Source: an uncultured virus (IMG/VR IMGVR_UViG_3300037329_000040) (lineage: Duplodnaviria > Heunggongvirae > Uroviricota > Caudoviricetes). Taken from it: DNA of 64,000 bases. The position numbers and the translations under genes are program-made. The DNA is taken from IMG/VR virus record IMGVR_UViG_3300037329_000040. One strand, 5' to 3'. Below the pieces are notes generated by a model, which saw only the letters and a list, made by a program, of their open reading frames with translations, searched no databases and had not been told where the DNA came from. Positions 39,852 to 50,357 of this stretch are shown here, in pieces; position 1 is the stretch's first letter; every line of letters starts with the position of its first letter.

Positions 39852-42800
39852 TAGTACCGACTACTCCTAATTCTTTGAGACTCCACCCTCTTTAGACTTG
39901 TCATAACTGTTCTAGCTATGTCATCTGGGTCAGAGCCGCTCTTCGTGTTAACTGTTAGACTATAATTATACACTGAATTGGAATCTGGCGCTTGGCCATT
40001 GTTTATTGATTTTAGATTTTCTAGGCCATAACTATTAACTGATGACCTCTTAATAACGAATTCTCCGGGGGTTAACATGGCTGGAACTGTGTCTGTGCCC
40101 ATTGGCTTCATGAGCCTTCCACCTTCTGCCATATACTTTGGAACCATTCCACCAGAAGCCATGTACCTTGAAACCATTCCTCCGGCCGCATAGCCAACCC
40201 TCTTACCAGTTATCCTGGCAACGTTTAGGTCTACCAGCCTTTGCCTTTGGGCTGGGCTTGAGAAATCGCCGCTTATAATTCTGTCCCTTGTTATGCCAAT
40301 AAGCCTTGTAGTTTCTGCTGCATCAGCTTTGGAAACCGATGAGGACTTTGGCTTAGGTGCGTTAGCGGGATTTAAGTAGTCAAACTTCTTGTCCGACCCA
40401 TTTTTCGCTGGGATGTTTTCTGGTCCTCCAATAGTTTTGGGGGCAGTTTTTCTTTCTTGGTTCTTTATGAATCCCGAAATGTTATCTCCGTATGCTCCCG
40501 TTGGTCCTGTATTGGGAACGTTGGAATTTTCTGGCCCTCCGATAGACGTTACTTTGTCTGTATTAGGCAACAAGTCATCTCTATTCTGACTGCCAGATGA
40601 GCCACTCCCAGAACCACCGGAACCACCAGAGCCTCCTGAGCCTGTCTTGGAAGGAGTTGGGTCGTTCTTCTCTACAGTCTTTTTAGTTATGGTCAGGGTT
40701 GCGGTCTTGTCCTTTATCTTGTCCCAGTTTTCTAGCATGTCCGCTATCAGACCTGCTTGGTACTCCATTGCTGACATTTCCTCGGGGGTTAGCTTTAGCT
40801 TTGACTCTGTTACCCTAGCAGAAAGCATATCCCACTTACGGATCTGCGCCTCAAGAGATGCTATGGCTGCATCTTTCTCTACAGTAACCAGCCTGATTCT
40901 TTCCTGAGCAGGTTCCAAGGTATCTTCTTCAATCCTAAAAATCTCATCTTTTATGTCTTTTATCTTAGCTTCAATCTCTAGTCTAGACCTACCGTCTAGG
41001 GATCGGAGAGCCGATAGCTGCCTGTCCTTGGACAGAGATAGCAACTCTTTTTGGGCCTCTATGTTGTCCTGAGCCTGCTGAGCCCTTAGCTCTTGTGTCG
41101 CGGCTGCTGCAGCGGCTATGTCTCCCTGGGAAAGAGCTTCGGCTATACTTAGCTGCCCCTTCTGCTGCCTAGCAATCTTTTCGTTAATCTTCTGTACTTT
41201 GTCAAGAGCGGTTTCTCTCTCCTCGTACTTCTTGTTTATGTCCTCTTCTTGGTCTGCAATTCCTGAAATCTGAGCATCTAGGTCGTCTAAGGCAAAGCTC
41301 AAGCCCGCAATTAGATTTTCTGCATCTGTGACGATGGAGTTGTCGGATGCTGTGTCTATTTCAAACTGGACTTCTATTGTTGCTTTTTGTGCCTCGAGGT
41401 AGTCTACCGCTTTATCGAAGAGCTTTTTGAACTCCTCTTCAGTTCCTTCTTTAGTGGTAAAGTTTAGCTTTACGTCTAAGGCCTCCATTATTTGAATCTG
41501 CTTTAAGGAGTTTAGCAAATCTCTTGAGTTGATAACTCCATCTTCTAGGTCTTTTGCTAAAGAGTTTACGAGGTCATCATTAGATAGAACTTCTTTTATT
41601 TGTTCGTAACTGTAACCCAAAGCCGTCAGTGCACTCGAAGCTGCAATCTGATTTCTCTTTAGCTCTTGGTCTACCTTTCCTGTTTGCAAAAGCTCTTTAA
41701 GAGCCCCACGGGAAAGCTCTTTGTTCACAGCCTTAATTTGGTTAACCAGCTTTGACCATGCAGCTGTGCCAACTTTGGTTGTTGCCAAGGCTGCGGCCAA
41801 TATCGGATCCTTTGCGTTTTCAAAAGCATCCTTAATTCCTAGGCCGGCTTTACGAAGTTTCGTATAGGCCTCTGTGTTTTGCTTTAACTGAGTTAGCTGC
41901 TCCTTAAGATTTTCTATGGCTTCTTCAAAGGGGCTCTTCTCTCTTGACCCACTGGAGACTGTTATATTCGAAGAAAGGGTGTTAAACTCTTCCATCATAA
42001 TCTTGAATTCTTCAAACTCTTCCCCAGCCATGGAGGCTGCAGCTCCGGCGTAAAGTGTAGCATTTCCTATAACTTCCATGGCCTTAGCAACTGAGAGTCC
42101 ATTACTGGTCAACCATGCAAGGACAGAGTTTTTCTCTCTGAGGTTTGCGATTTCTGTAAGAAGGTTTGACCTAGACGTTACGTCGTTAACGGCTTCTTGC
42201 GATTCAGCTAAGGAGCTCAACGCAGAAATTACGTTATCGTAGTTTTCAGTTGTGCCCTTCATCAGATCTTGCTCGATTGCATCCTGTATTAGCTTTAGCT
42301 TTTGTGCGTCAGTAACCGCTTTAAGAGCTTCTTCCTCACTCCCCAGCGACTCTAAAAGCCTTGGGTAAAGGTCAAGCAACGCTTCATTCGCAGCTATTTC
42401 ATCATCGATTGCTGCTGTCGACGTCAGGATGTTTACTTCTCGTTCTCCTTCGGCCTTTGCCAGCAGAGCATTTGTAGTATTGGCTATGCTTGCGGCTAGG
42501 CGCTCTTCGAGGGCAGTCCTAACCTCAGCGCCGGCATTAATCTCGTCCTGAGTTGCATTGTAATCATCTGCGTTATCTAGGGCAAAAAGATCTTCATCGG
42601 ATACATTGCCTCCAGCTTGAAGAACCTTGAATGCAAGTATCTTATCATTAACATCTTGTATCCCACTCAATTCTTTTGGATCTATTCCCACATTTTCGAA
42701 AAGCTTGTCCATTACGACCTTGGCACCTGTGCCTAGAGAAGCAACGTTTGAGAGAAGCCCCTCTGTTGCTTTCTCGTAAGCATCTTGCTCGATAACACCA

Positions 42801-45800
42801 GAAGAGAATCCAGTATTTAGTGCCTCAAACACCGAAGAATACTCGGAGCCTAGCATGTTTAGCTGAGGTAGCAGGTCTTTTGGCAAAAAGTTTGCATTCT
42901 TAACATTAGCTAATGACGACTCATACTCTGACTGAATCTTTGAAAAAGAACTTGTCGCAGAAGAAACTAGGTTGTCAAACTGTTCTGGGTCTGACAGGTC
43001 TACGCTCAGGATAAAGGAGAGGTCTAGGTCTGTCTGTCCTGCTTCTGCAGCAATGGCTGCTACGTATTCCTGAATTACTGCGGGGTCTGTTCCTTCTGGG
43101 GACAGAGCCAACAGCTGAAGAGCCAGGTTGTCGAGAGCCATCTTGGCCTGCTCTACGGTTGCCTTTTTTATGTTTTCGATGTCTTCCTTGAAGCCACCCT
43201 TGTCAGAGCTTTCATCCTTTAGCTTGTTAAACTCTTCAGTCTCTCTTATCGCCTGAACTCGCTGCGCCCCTCCAGCCCCCAACCCTTCTACGGATGTCAT
43301 TTGTCCGCTACGGTCTGGGTCCCTCGCAAGAGCTACACCTATAAGACCAGAAATGTTTTTTAGCTTTTCCCCTGTTGCGAATGCTGCGTTACCAAGCCCC
43401 TCTATCTTTTGCTTTTGCTGCTCCGCAATGTCTCCAATAGTTTTAAAAATTCCAAAGGCAGCTATGGCTAGACCAAGAAAGGGAACAAGCCTTAAGAACA
43501 TTGGAACGACCGTTCCAAGCACTCCGGAGAATTTAGTAGATACATTAACAAGGTTTGTAAAACTATTTTTTAGGCCACCGGTTATGACCTTTGGCACTTC
43601 GCTAGCAACCTTTGCTGCGGCAATGCCGCCCCCTATTTTACCGGGGACCCCACCAATTAGTTGAGCCATGGTCTGTGCAGTCAAGGCGACGTTCAATTTC
43701 TTAAACAGAGTTGTCACTAATGGAAGCATAAGGCTTAGGGCGAATGCTGCGTTAGATAGTCCGAACACTATCTCATTAAGATTTCCTACTTCAATCCCCA
43801 TCGAACCAAATAGCATTGTCATGCTGCTAAAGGCGAAGGAAGCCTGCATAATACTGCCACCTAGGTTACCCATACTAGAGCTTGTGTTATTCGTAGTTTG
43901 AATTAACTTTCGTGTCTGCACGTCAGAGGCTTGGCCAGACTTTACCTTGCCTAAGAGACCTAGGCCTGTGGCGTCAGTGCCGCGGTTCCTGTCCCTCTGA
44001 GCAGCCATTGCAGTATTTTTATTTGTAGTAACCCTAGTTGGGGATACCCTGTAAATTCCATCGGCTGCGGCTTGGCCCAGGGATTGTCCTGCCGCAGAGA
44101 CGTCGTCAGCTCCGCTTCTTACACCCATCTCTATGCCATCTACAAGGTTCTTTCCCTCTTGCTCTAGCTTTTTGGATGGGGAGGCTGACCTAGAATTCTT
44201 TTTGACAGACTTAACAACAGCGTCTTCTCGACTCCTTCTCATCATCTCGTATTCACGGGTAGCAGCTTGTGTGTCTCGCTCCATGGGTGCTCTTAGTGCT
44301 GGGTTTTTAGACTTGATACTTGCAGTCGACACAACGCCTGTTGCATATTTTTCAAAACTTGGAGAGACTTGCTTGCTAAGGTTTGCATTTGCTTTTAGCT
44401 TTTCTAGTACTCTTTTTAGAACCTTTGCCTGGGTGTCGTGCTCCGCTTCTGTCAGAGCTAAACCTCGAGTGTACTTGTCCTGAAGAGCATCAACCTCTTT
44501 CTGAGACATGTTCATCTCTTTCATGGTGTCTTTCATCATGGACTGGTTCTTTGGGCTTTGCTCTATTATTCCGGAGAATCTATTTCTAGCACCAACCTCT
44601 GGCTTTGTAAAGTTGCTGTTAAAGCTTTGTGCTCCAAGACTCTTGTCTACACCGATAATGTGAGATCGATCTATTTGCGTCATGTCGTTAATCTCTTTGT
44701 CAGAGAACATTGCGGTCTTGCCGGCTTTAACCTTTGCTTTGTTTATTGCTTCTAGCTCTGTACGCAACTTCTTTGCCGTGCTTAACTCGCGCTCATACTC
44801 CGCAACTCCTGCGGCCCCTCGCTCTTCGCCTATCTGCTGCCTGTGAGATCTTCTTTCTCCGACAGAGCTTGCACTAGAATTCCTGTCATCCCTATCTGAT
44901 ATGGCTTTTGGAACACCCTGTCCAGTTTCTTGGGCGATTCTCTTTATTTCTTCGACAAAGTCTTTAACCCTTATGTCTGTTTTATTTGCAAGGTTGGTGA
45001 ATGCCTGGTTGATTAGGTCGTCGGCGCCGTTTATGTTTGAAGTAAGCCTGTCTATAGCTTTAAGGCTGTTACTGTTTGTCACCTGCATAATTTGACCAGA
45101 GGGGGAGCTCAGAGATCCTGCTACAGAAGATCTTCCCTTCTTGTATCCTGGAATGTTTCCAGCAATCATACCGTTAATTAGTGGAGCGTACTTCTTGGCC
45201 ATAGCCCCTGGAATTACAGCTTCTCCAGGCTCCAGCATTGCGGGGACCTTGTCTCCCTTGCCAGATCCAGGAACAGAGACAACTCCTCCTGCTTGCATCT
45301 TTCTCGGTGCCGCCATAGTTGTAGCTATGCCAACTCCTGCAAATTGCTGCTGCCTTTGAATTGCTTTTCCGTATGCAACCACAAGCTTTTCAATAGCGGC
45401 GGCCTCAGAAGTGAAGGATTGTGCTAGCCTGTTGTGTGCCTGCTCCAAAGAGGCTGCAACAGCCATCTCTTGTAATTGCTTTTCCGTTAGGTACTGTGTT
45501 TGCTCTCCAAGGATTTGGGATTGCTTTCCAGTACTTTGAAACATTTGACGCAGGGCTAAGAAACCCTTGATTATGTTTGCCGCTCCGTTTGCAAGCAATC
45601 CAAAAGTCATCAGGGCTACGGGGCCTATGACTCCCAGTGCGACACCTAAGCCTGCAACAACAGACTTCATCCCGTCACTAAGACCGTTAAAGCTATCTAA
45701 ACCTTTTGCAGCAAAGTCCATTATTGGTGTTACAAGCCTAAGAAATAGTTCTCCAATTGGGGCAAGGCTTGCCTTAAGTCTTTCTAGAGATCCTCGGAAC

Positions 45801-47287
45801 TCGTTCATCGCGGAGGCTGCTGAAACTCCAAGCTCTTTTTCGGCTGCGTTGGCAAGGTCAGAAGCAGACATTGCTGCTATGTCTAGGACTCTTGCTGCCT
45901 GACTGCCGTCTCTATTTATGTTGTCGAACAGTGCTGACATCCTTGCAAACTGAAACTTTCCAAACAATTGTTCCATTGCTCGGGCTCTATTCAAAGGATC
46001 CAGAGTGTCTAGGGCTGCGCCTAGCTCGAGCATGGTTCCTCTAAGGTTTCCTACGTTACCTTCAACAATTCCGACAACATCAATTCCAAAACTTGATAGC
46101 ATCTTCTTGGCTGCCGTTGTAGGGTTAACCAGGCGACCAAGGCTCGACTTCAAGGCGTTTGCGCCCTCGGCTGCATTGACGCCGCTCTCTTTCATGGCTG
46201 CTAGGAAGAAAGACAGGTCCTTTACGTCTCCTCCAAGAACCTGGATTACTGTTGCTACCTTTGGAATTGCAGTAGTGATGTCATCTAGGGCAACAACTGT
46301 CTGGTTCTCAACTGCGTTTAGGAAGTCGATGGCCTCTGCTAGCTCCCCGGATGATAGCCTGAAGGCGTTCTGCAATGATATGGTTGTGTCTAGCGCTTTT
46401 TGCTGATCCAGCTGGCCAAGTACGGAAAGCCTTGTTGCTTCCCTTGTCTGCCTATTAAGATCTTCTCCCGCAAATCCTGCTGCTGCAGCGTCCCCAGCTA
46501 GGCTAAGAGTGTCTTTTACAGCAACCCCATATCTTGTAAACTCGTTCGCAATCCTTCGAACATCCTCTAGGGCCTTATCTGCCTGGATGTCAGTTGTGAA
46601 CATGTCACCATAAACTTTTCTAAACTTTATGACCTGCTCTTCTAGCTCCATAAAAGTCTTTGCAGCTATCCCACCAAAAATAGTAAGGGGTATTGTAAAT
46701 CCAACCATTAGCTGTCTACCAGCCCACTGGGTGTTCTTACCAAAGTTTAGAAGATTAGTGGAACCCTGTCTAAGTAGCTGATTAAGAATCTGCTGCTTTT
46801 GAGCGGCTATCGCGGTCTGTGTTCCAAGGCTTTTTAAATCTAGATTCAGAGGCCTTATAGCTATGGACTTCATAGCACCGCTGGCATCTCGACCTAGCTT
46901 TACGTACTGGGTTTGAAGAGTCTTGACTCTTTCCCTGGCTGTCTTTTCGATGACACCCAGCTCTGAGGTAAACAGCCTTCCAAAGCTTTTTGTGGATGCG
47001 CCTGCGTAACGGAAGTACTGCCCCATTGAAAGCTTATTCTTCTCAAGGGACGAGGTGAAGGATTCGGCAGAGGTCTGAACACTCTGGATGCTAGCAGAAA
47101 ACTTGCCAGTGGAGTTTATACCACTGACAAGCTGCTGAGATAACTTGCTTGCGGCTTGGGCTTGGGCAGCCGTACCGCGATTCATCTGTGCTTGGAAGCC
47201 GGAGATCTTGCTTTGGAGGGCTTTTATCGACGCCAGTGCACCGGCTGTGTCTATATCTATCCGTATATTGGATTCAATATCGGCCAT
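39851..47287 (-). CDS. tape measure protein, 2478 aa
   Basis: Very long Ala/Gly-rich helical ORF with a TP901-type core, hydrophobic segments and two VPAMLxPGE motifs. Lies after the tail chaperones. Confidence 0.92.
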   Translation of the reverse strand: MADIESNIRIDIDTAGALASIKALQSKISGFQAQMNRGTAAQAQAASKLSQQLVSGINSTGKFSASIQSVQTSAESFTSSLEKNKLSMGQYFRYAGASTKSFGRLFTSELGVIEKTARERVKTLQTQYVKLGRDASGAMKSIAIRPLNLDLKSLGTQTAIAAQKQQILNQLLRQGSTNLLNFGKNTQWAGRQLMVGFTIPLTIFGGIAAKTFMELEEQVIKFRKVYGDMFTTDIQADKALEDVRRIANEFTRYGVAVKDTLSLAGDAAAAGFAGEDLNRQTREATRLSVLGQLDQQKALDTTISLQNAFRLSSGELAEAIDFLNAVENQTVVALDDITTAIPKVATVIQVLGGDVKDLSFFLAAMKESGVNAAEGANALKSSLGRLVNPTTAAKKMLSSFGIDVVGIVEGNVGNLRGTMLELGAALDTLDPLNRARAMEQLFGKFQFARMSALFDNINRDGSQAARVLDIAAMSASDLANAAEKELGVSAASAMNEFRGSLERLKASLAPIGELFLRLVTPIMDFAAKGLDSFNGLSDGMKSVVAGLGVALGVIGPVALMTFGLLANGAANIIKGFLALRQMFQSTGKQSQILGEQTQYLTEKQLQEMAVAASLEQAHNRLAQSFTSEAAAIEKLVVAYGKAIQRQQQFAGVGIATTMAAPRKMQAGGVVSVPGSGKGDKVPAMLEPGEAVIPGAMAKKYAPLINGMIAGNIPGYKKGRSSVAGSLSSPSGQIMQVTNSNSLKAIDRLTSNINGADDLINQAFTNLANKTDIRVKDFVEEIKRIAQETGQGVPKAISDRDDRNSSASSVGERRSHRQQIGEERGAAGVAEYERELSTAKKLRTELEAINKAKVKAGKTAMFSDKEINDMTQIDRSHIIGVDKSLGAQSFNSNFTKPEVGARNRFSGIIEQSPKNQSMMKDTMKEMNMSQKEVDALQDKYTRGLALTEAEHDTQAKVLKRVLEKLKANANLSKQVSPSFEKYATGVVSTASIKSKNPALRAPMERDTQAATREYEMMRRSREDAVVKSVKKNSRSASPSKKLEQEGKNLVDGIEMGVRSGADDVSAAGQSLGQAAADGIYRVSPTRVTTNKNTAMAAQRDRNRGTDATGLGLLGKVKSGQASDVQTRKLIQTTNNTSSSMGNLGGSIMQASFAFSSMTMLFGSMGIEVGNLNEIVFGLSNAAFALSLMLPLVTTLFKKLNVALTAQTMAQLIGGVPGKIGGGIAAAKVASEVPKVITGGLKNSFTNLVNVSTKFSGVLGTVVPMFLRLVPFLGLAIAAFGIFKTIGDIAEQQKQKIEGLGNAAFATGEKLKNISGLIGVALARDPDRSGQMTSVEGLGAGGAQRVQAIRETEEFNKLKDESSDKGGFKEDIENIKKATVEQAKMALDNLALQLLALSPEGTDPAVIQEYVAAIAAEAGQTDLDLSFILSVDLSDPEQFDNLVSSATSSFSKIQSEYESSLANVKNANFLPKDLLPQLNMLGSEYSSVFEALNTGFSSGVIEQDAYEKATEGLLSNVASLGTGAKVVMDKLFENVGIDPKELSGIQDVNDKILAFKVLQAGGNVSDEDLFALDNADDYNATQDEINAGAEVRTALEERLAASIANTTNALLAKAEGEREVNILTSTAAIDDEIAANEALLDLYPRLLESLGSEEEALKAVTDAQKLKLIQDAIEQDLMKGTTENYDNVISALSSLAESQEAVNDVTSRSNLLTEIANLREKNSVLAWLTSNGLSVAKAMEVIGNATLYAGAAASMAGEEFEEFKIMMEEFNTLSSNITVSSGSREKSPFEEAIENLKEQLTQLKQNTEAYTKLRKAGLGIKDAFENAKDPILAAALATTKVGTAAWSKLVNQIKAVNKELSRGALKELLQTGKVDQELKRNQIAASSALTALGYSYEQIKEVLSNDDLVNSLAKDLEDGVINSRDLLNSLKQIQIMEALDVKLNFTTKEGTEEEFKKLFDKAVDYLEAQKATIEVQFEIDTASDNSIVTDAENLIAGLSFALDDLDAQISGIADQEEDINKKYEERETALDKVQKINEKIARQQKGQLSIAEALSQGDIAAAAAATQELRAQQAQDNIEAQKELLSLSKDRQLSALRSLDGRSRLEIEAKIKDIKDEIFRIEEDTLEPAQERIRLVTVEKDAAIASLEAQIRKWDMLSARVTESKLKLTPEEMSAMEYQAGLIADMLENWDKIKDKTATLTITKKTVEKNDPTPSKTGSGGSGGSGGSGSGSSGSQNRDDLLPNTDKVTSIGGPENSNVPNTGPTGAYGDNISGFIKNQERKTAPKTIGGPENIPAKNGSDKKFDYLNPANAPKPKSSSVSKADAAETTRLIGITRDRIISGDFSSPAQRQRLVDLNVARITGKRVGYAAGGMVSRYMASGGMVPKYMAEGGRLMKPMGTDTVPAMLTPGEFVIKRSSVNSYGLENLKSINNGQAPDSNSVYNYSLTVNTKSGSDPDDIARTVMTSLKRVESQRIRSSRY

Positions 47288-47310
47288 AAACTACACCTCC
47301 CTTTATCTGG

Positions 47311-47634
47311 CTATTTGGTCAGATTAGATACTACTGAAGTGTCTCCCATATCAATACCTGATGCTGCTTCTACAATTTTGTATAGAGTAGGTAAATCTAA
47401 AACTTCTTCAAGAGCCGCAAGATCTTCTGCTATCTCTGGCTTGTACTGCCTCATTGCGATTTGGACACACTCCATGAGTACGTCCATCGACTTTTCATTG
47501 TCATCGGCAACTTGCGCTACCTGCTCAAACTTTTTCATGAAACTACGCAGCAGCGAAATCTTTAGTGGTCTAACAGTTATGGTAGATCCATCCATTAGCT
47601 TTAGCGTGTTCTCTTCGTTAATAGTTACAGCCAT
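47311..47634 (-). CDS. tail assembly chaperone, short (G-like)
   Basis: Immediately before the TMP, with GAGAGGA SD and TGGTATACT promoter. Paralog of the N-half of the next ORF. Confidence 0.7.
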   Translation of the reverse strand: MAVTINEENTLKLMDGSTITVRPLKISLLRSFMKKFEQVAQVADDNEKSMDVLMECVQIAMRQYKPEIAEDLAALEEVLDLPTLYKIVEAASGIDMGDTSVVSNLTK

Positions 47635-47691
47635 TCTTTTTCCTCTCAATAGCCCCATTTGGTTATTACAAGTATACCACAAAGGGAATTT

Positions 47692-48381
47692 TTATTTTTT
47701 AGTTAAGTCCTCGTAGCCCAGCCCCATGCCTATTCCGAAGCCCGCATTCCTAGCATTTACACCCTGCAAGGCTGTAATATCGTTTGCATCTTTAGCTTTT
47801 CCACCACTGAATACACGAGCCTTCATTTCTTCCCACTCATCCTTCTTGCCCGACTGCTTGTCAATGTCAATACCTTGAATTGCTGCCAAAAACTTTTTCT
47901 CTGAGTATTCAGCTTCCCTCTTTGCATTAAGAGTGGCAGACAGCTCTGGCATAGACATCGAAAGCTCTAGGTCCTCATAGTCCTTCCATATTCCCAGAAG
48001 GAACACTTCTGCCTCAAGCTCTGCAAGCTTTGTGTTTTCCCAGGACACTGAAGAGTCCGTAGCCTTTTCTTTTATTTCAGAGGGCTCATTCTCAGGCTCT
48101 ATCTTTATCCCAGCGGCAAACTTTAGTATTGCGTATAGACCTTGTATGTCAAGGTTATCCTCTACGTCATAAATGGTTTTTATTGAAGGGCAGAACTGCT
48201 TCATAGATATCCTTACGCACTCTAGGATATGTGTCATGGACTCGTCATCATTCTCTGAACTTTCGATATACCGGAAGGCATCCATAAACTCTCTGAGATA
48301 TTTAATTTTTAACGGGGTGACGTACAGCTCTGTACCGTCGACTAATTCGACGATACCGGATTCATAAATTTTAGTTGCCAT
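47692..48381 (-). CDS. tail assembly chaperone, long (GT-like)
   Basis: After the major tail gene. N-half aligns with 47311-47634, plus an extra C-terminal domain. Leaderless (TGCTATACT 6 nt before ATG). Confidence 0.7.
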   Translation of the reverse strand: MATKIYESGIVELVDGTELYVTPLKIKYLREFMDAFRYIESSENDDESMTHILECVRISMKQFCPSIKTIYDVEDNLDIQGLYAILKFAAGIKIEPENEPSEIKEKATDSSVSWENTKLAELEAEVFLLGIWKDYEDLELSMSMPELSATLNAKREAEYSEKKFLAAIQGIDIDKQSGKKDEWEEMKARVFSGGKAKDANDITALQGVNARNAGFGIGMGLGYEDLTKK

Positions 48382-48395
48382 CCTATAAGTATAGC

Positions 48396-48434
48396 AAAAA
48401 GAAATCCCCCCCAGATGCAATCTGAGAGGGAAAT
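48396..48434 (-). terminator. intrinsic terminator after the major tail gene
   Basis: TCCCTCTCAGA-TTGCA-TCTGGGGGGGA followed by TTTCTTTTT. Confidence 0.75.
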
Positions 48435-48457
48435 CTATATTAAATTATATTTACTTT

Positions 48458-49081
48458 TTATGCAGCTGGGATTGTGCGATCTACGATCTTTCCATATGAC
48501 GCTGAGTCATTTGGTAGAAGACGGAATGAGACCTCAAACATTGTTGCCTCATCACGCTTTGCTGATACTGTAACATTCTCAATGGAGAGTGCTCGGTATG
48601 CAACATAGACGCGCTCAATCTGGTCAGAAAGTGCACAGTCTCCTGTACCTGGTCCAACGGCTACTAGGCCTCGCTCAACTGGACATTCTCCAATTTCACC
48701 TGCGGACAGGTTTAGTGTTGGGTTTGTCGCAACTGAAGCTAGGTCTGCGTCTTTTCCAGCAATAGCGAACAATAGGTTCTCTAGAGTGGACTCAGCGAAA
48801 GCAGTGTTAAGATTAACCTGCATTCCCTGCTTGTAAAGCTTTGCAACGTCTAGGACCTGGTCAACCTGAACTTCTCCGAAGTCTGGCTGAAACAAAATCT
48901 CTAGGCCGTTCATTGTGTAGCCTACGTTACGGAAGTCTACGTTGTCATCAAGTGTTTCCTTGAACGACTCTCCATCCACGTAAACTGGAAGATCTGCGTC
49001 TGTAAGAAGCCCATCTTCGTACGTAAATAGTGCTGCTGCTCCAACGATAATGTTGGAACTAGATCCACGTGTATATGCCAT
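48458..49081 (-). CDS. major tail protein
   Basis: NIIVGAA, VGYTMNGL, VQVDQ, ESTLENL. Own promoter, strong SD and terminator. Confidence 0.85.
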   Translation of the reverse strand: MAYTRGSSSNIIVGAAALFTYEDGLLTDADLPVYVDGESFKETLDDNVDFRNVGYTMNGLEILFQPDFGEVQVDQVLDVAKLYKQGMQVNLNTAFAESTLENLLFAIAGKDADLASVATNPTLNLSAGEIGECPVERGLVAVGPGTGDCALSDQIERVYVAYRALSIENVTVSAKRDEATMFEVSFRLLPNDSASYGKIVDRTIPAA

Positions 49082-49161
49082 ATTATTTCACCTCTTTTTC
49101 CTTAAATAGAGTAAAGAGCGTTTGTTTCCTCATCATTATTATACCACGTTTTTTTAACTAT

Positions 49162-49683
49162 CTATTTGTGCCAGTCGTAGTCAATAATTATTTTATTCCC
49201 CGCGTAGGTCCTTGCAGTGCCAAAATCAATGAGGTCTCTGGTTTCTTCTAGCTGGTAAATCTTAATTCTGTGGAAGAATGGTGCCGGTCTAACGTCTCCC
49301 TTATCGTCTAGAAGGGGGCTTGAAGATGCCTGCTTTGCTGCAGAAAAAGAGTTTAGCTCCTGAGCAGACTCGTCTTCTCTGTCTAGAAGATCCTGTATTA
49401 CTTGCGTGGCTTCGATCAGCTGCACTGGATCACCAGATGTCTTGTAGAAGTAATACAAGAGCTGCTCTGACTTTATGTGAGGAAATGGAGTCTTTCTCAT
49501 TTTAAACATTCTATCGTAAACAGCAAAAATATTATTAGCCGCGTCAGGAAAGGATACTGTCAAGTCCTCGATAGCTGTTGGTGAAGTCGGGAAGAAGGGA
49601 AACACAAAATCTGCCCCAAGCGTATCTGGTACGGCCTGTGCTAGATATGAGTTAATAAAAGCTGGGGGGTAATATATAGCCAT
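49162..49683 (-). CDS. putative tail terminator/completion protein
   Basis: Position just before the major tail gene. Confidence 0.55.
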   Translation of the reverse strand: MAIYYPPAFINSYLAQAVPDTLGADFVFPFFPTSPTAIEDLTVSFPDAANNIFAVYDRMFKMRKTPFPHIKSEQLLYYFYKTSGDPVQLIEATQVIQDLLDREDESAQELNSFSAAKQASSSPLLDDKGDVRPAPFFHRIKIYQLEETRDLIDFGTARTYAGNKIIIDYDWHK

Positions 49684-50357
49684 TAGATGTCTACCTGTGC
49701 CTTTGTTATCCAGGAGTACCCTGCAGACAGGCCTATAGATTTTCCGCCTGCCATACCGCTTCTAATGTTATTATGAAAGGCCTTTGGCCTGGATAAGTAT
49801 GCCCTTAACCCCGTGGCGTCAAGGAACGCCTGAGAAAAGTACTGGTCCATAAATATGTTAAAGACTCTTTCAAAGGATCCTTGGGCATCTACCCCTCCAG
49901 GATTGGCTACGTCAATCGGCCCCCTAGTAAACACTGTCTCACCGTCTTGCTCAAAAGCAAGTACCGTAGATCTTTTTGGAGCAATCCTGACAGGGATTCC
50001 GTACTCCATGATTCTTGCCTTATCGTAAAATGGTACATTAGAGCCGTTCTGGATAGCCTCTGATTGCCTGAATGTTGAAGAGACTGAAACCCCAGCACCA
50101 GTAACAACGTAGTCTATGTCGTACAGCCTTGCCGATGGGTTTCCGGAACTGTACCACTCGTATACGTGCTGCAGTGCCTCTGGGTCCACCCTAGCATTTG
50201 AGTCTATAAACTGCTTAGCCATCTCTACGGCTGACTTACCTATCTCCCTTTTGAATACTCTTTTGCCCCTCTGGGCACCGTCCAGAAAGCCAATGGAGTA
50301 CTGGACCAAATTGTTCATGTCTTTATTAAAGGATGACATCCCAAACACAGCCCTCAT
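49683..50357 (-). CDS. putative neck/tail completion protein
   Basis: KARIMEYG...IAPK...LAFE motif and position. Confidence 0.6.
   Translation of the reverse strand: MRAVFGMSSFNKDMNNLVQYSIGFLDGAQRGKRVFKREIGKSAVEMAKQFIDSNARVDPEALQHVYEWYSSGNPSARLYDIDYVVTGAGVSVSSTFRQSEAIQNGSNVPFYDKARIMEYGIPVRIAPKRSTVLAFEQDGETVFTRGPIDVANPGGVDAQGSFERVFNIFMDQYFSQAFLDATGLRAYLSRPKAFHNNIRSGMAGGKSIGLSAGYSWITKAQVDI

Noticed and set aside
40389..47716. Numerous plus-strand ORFs antisense to the tape measure and other long genes
   Set aside because: Shadow frames of strongly coding minus-strand genes with no initiation signals or motifs.
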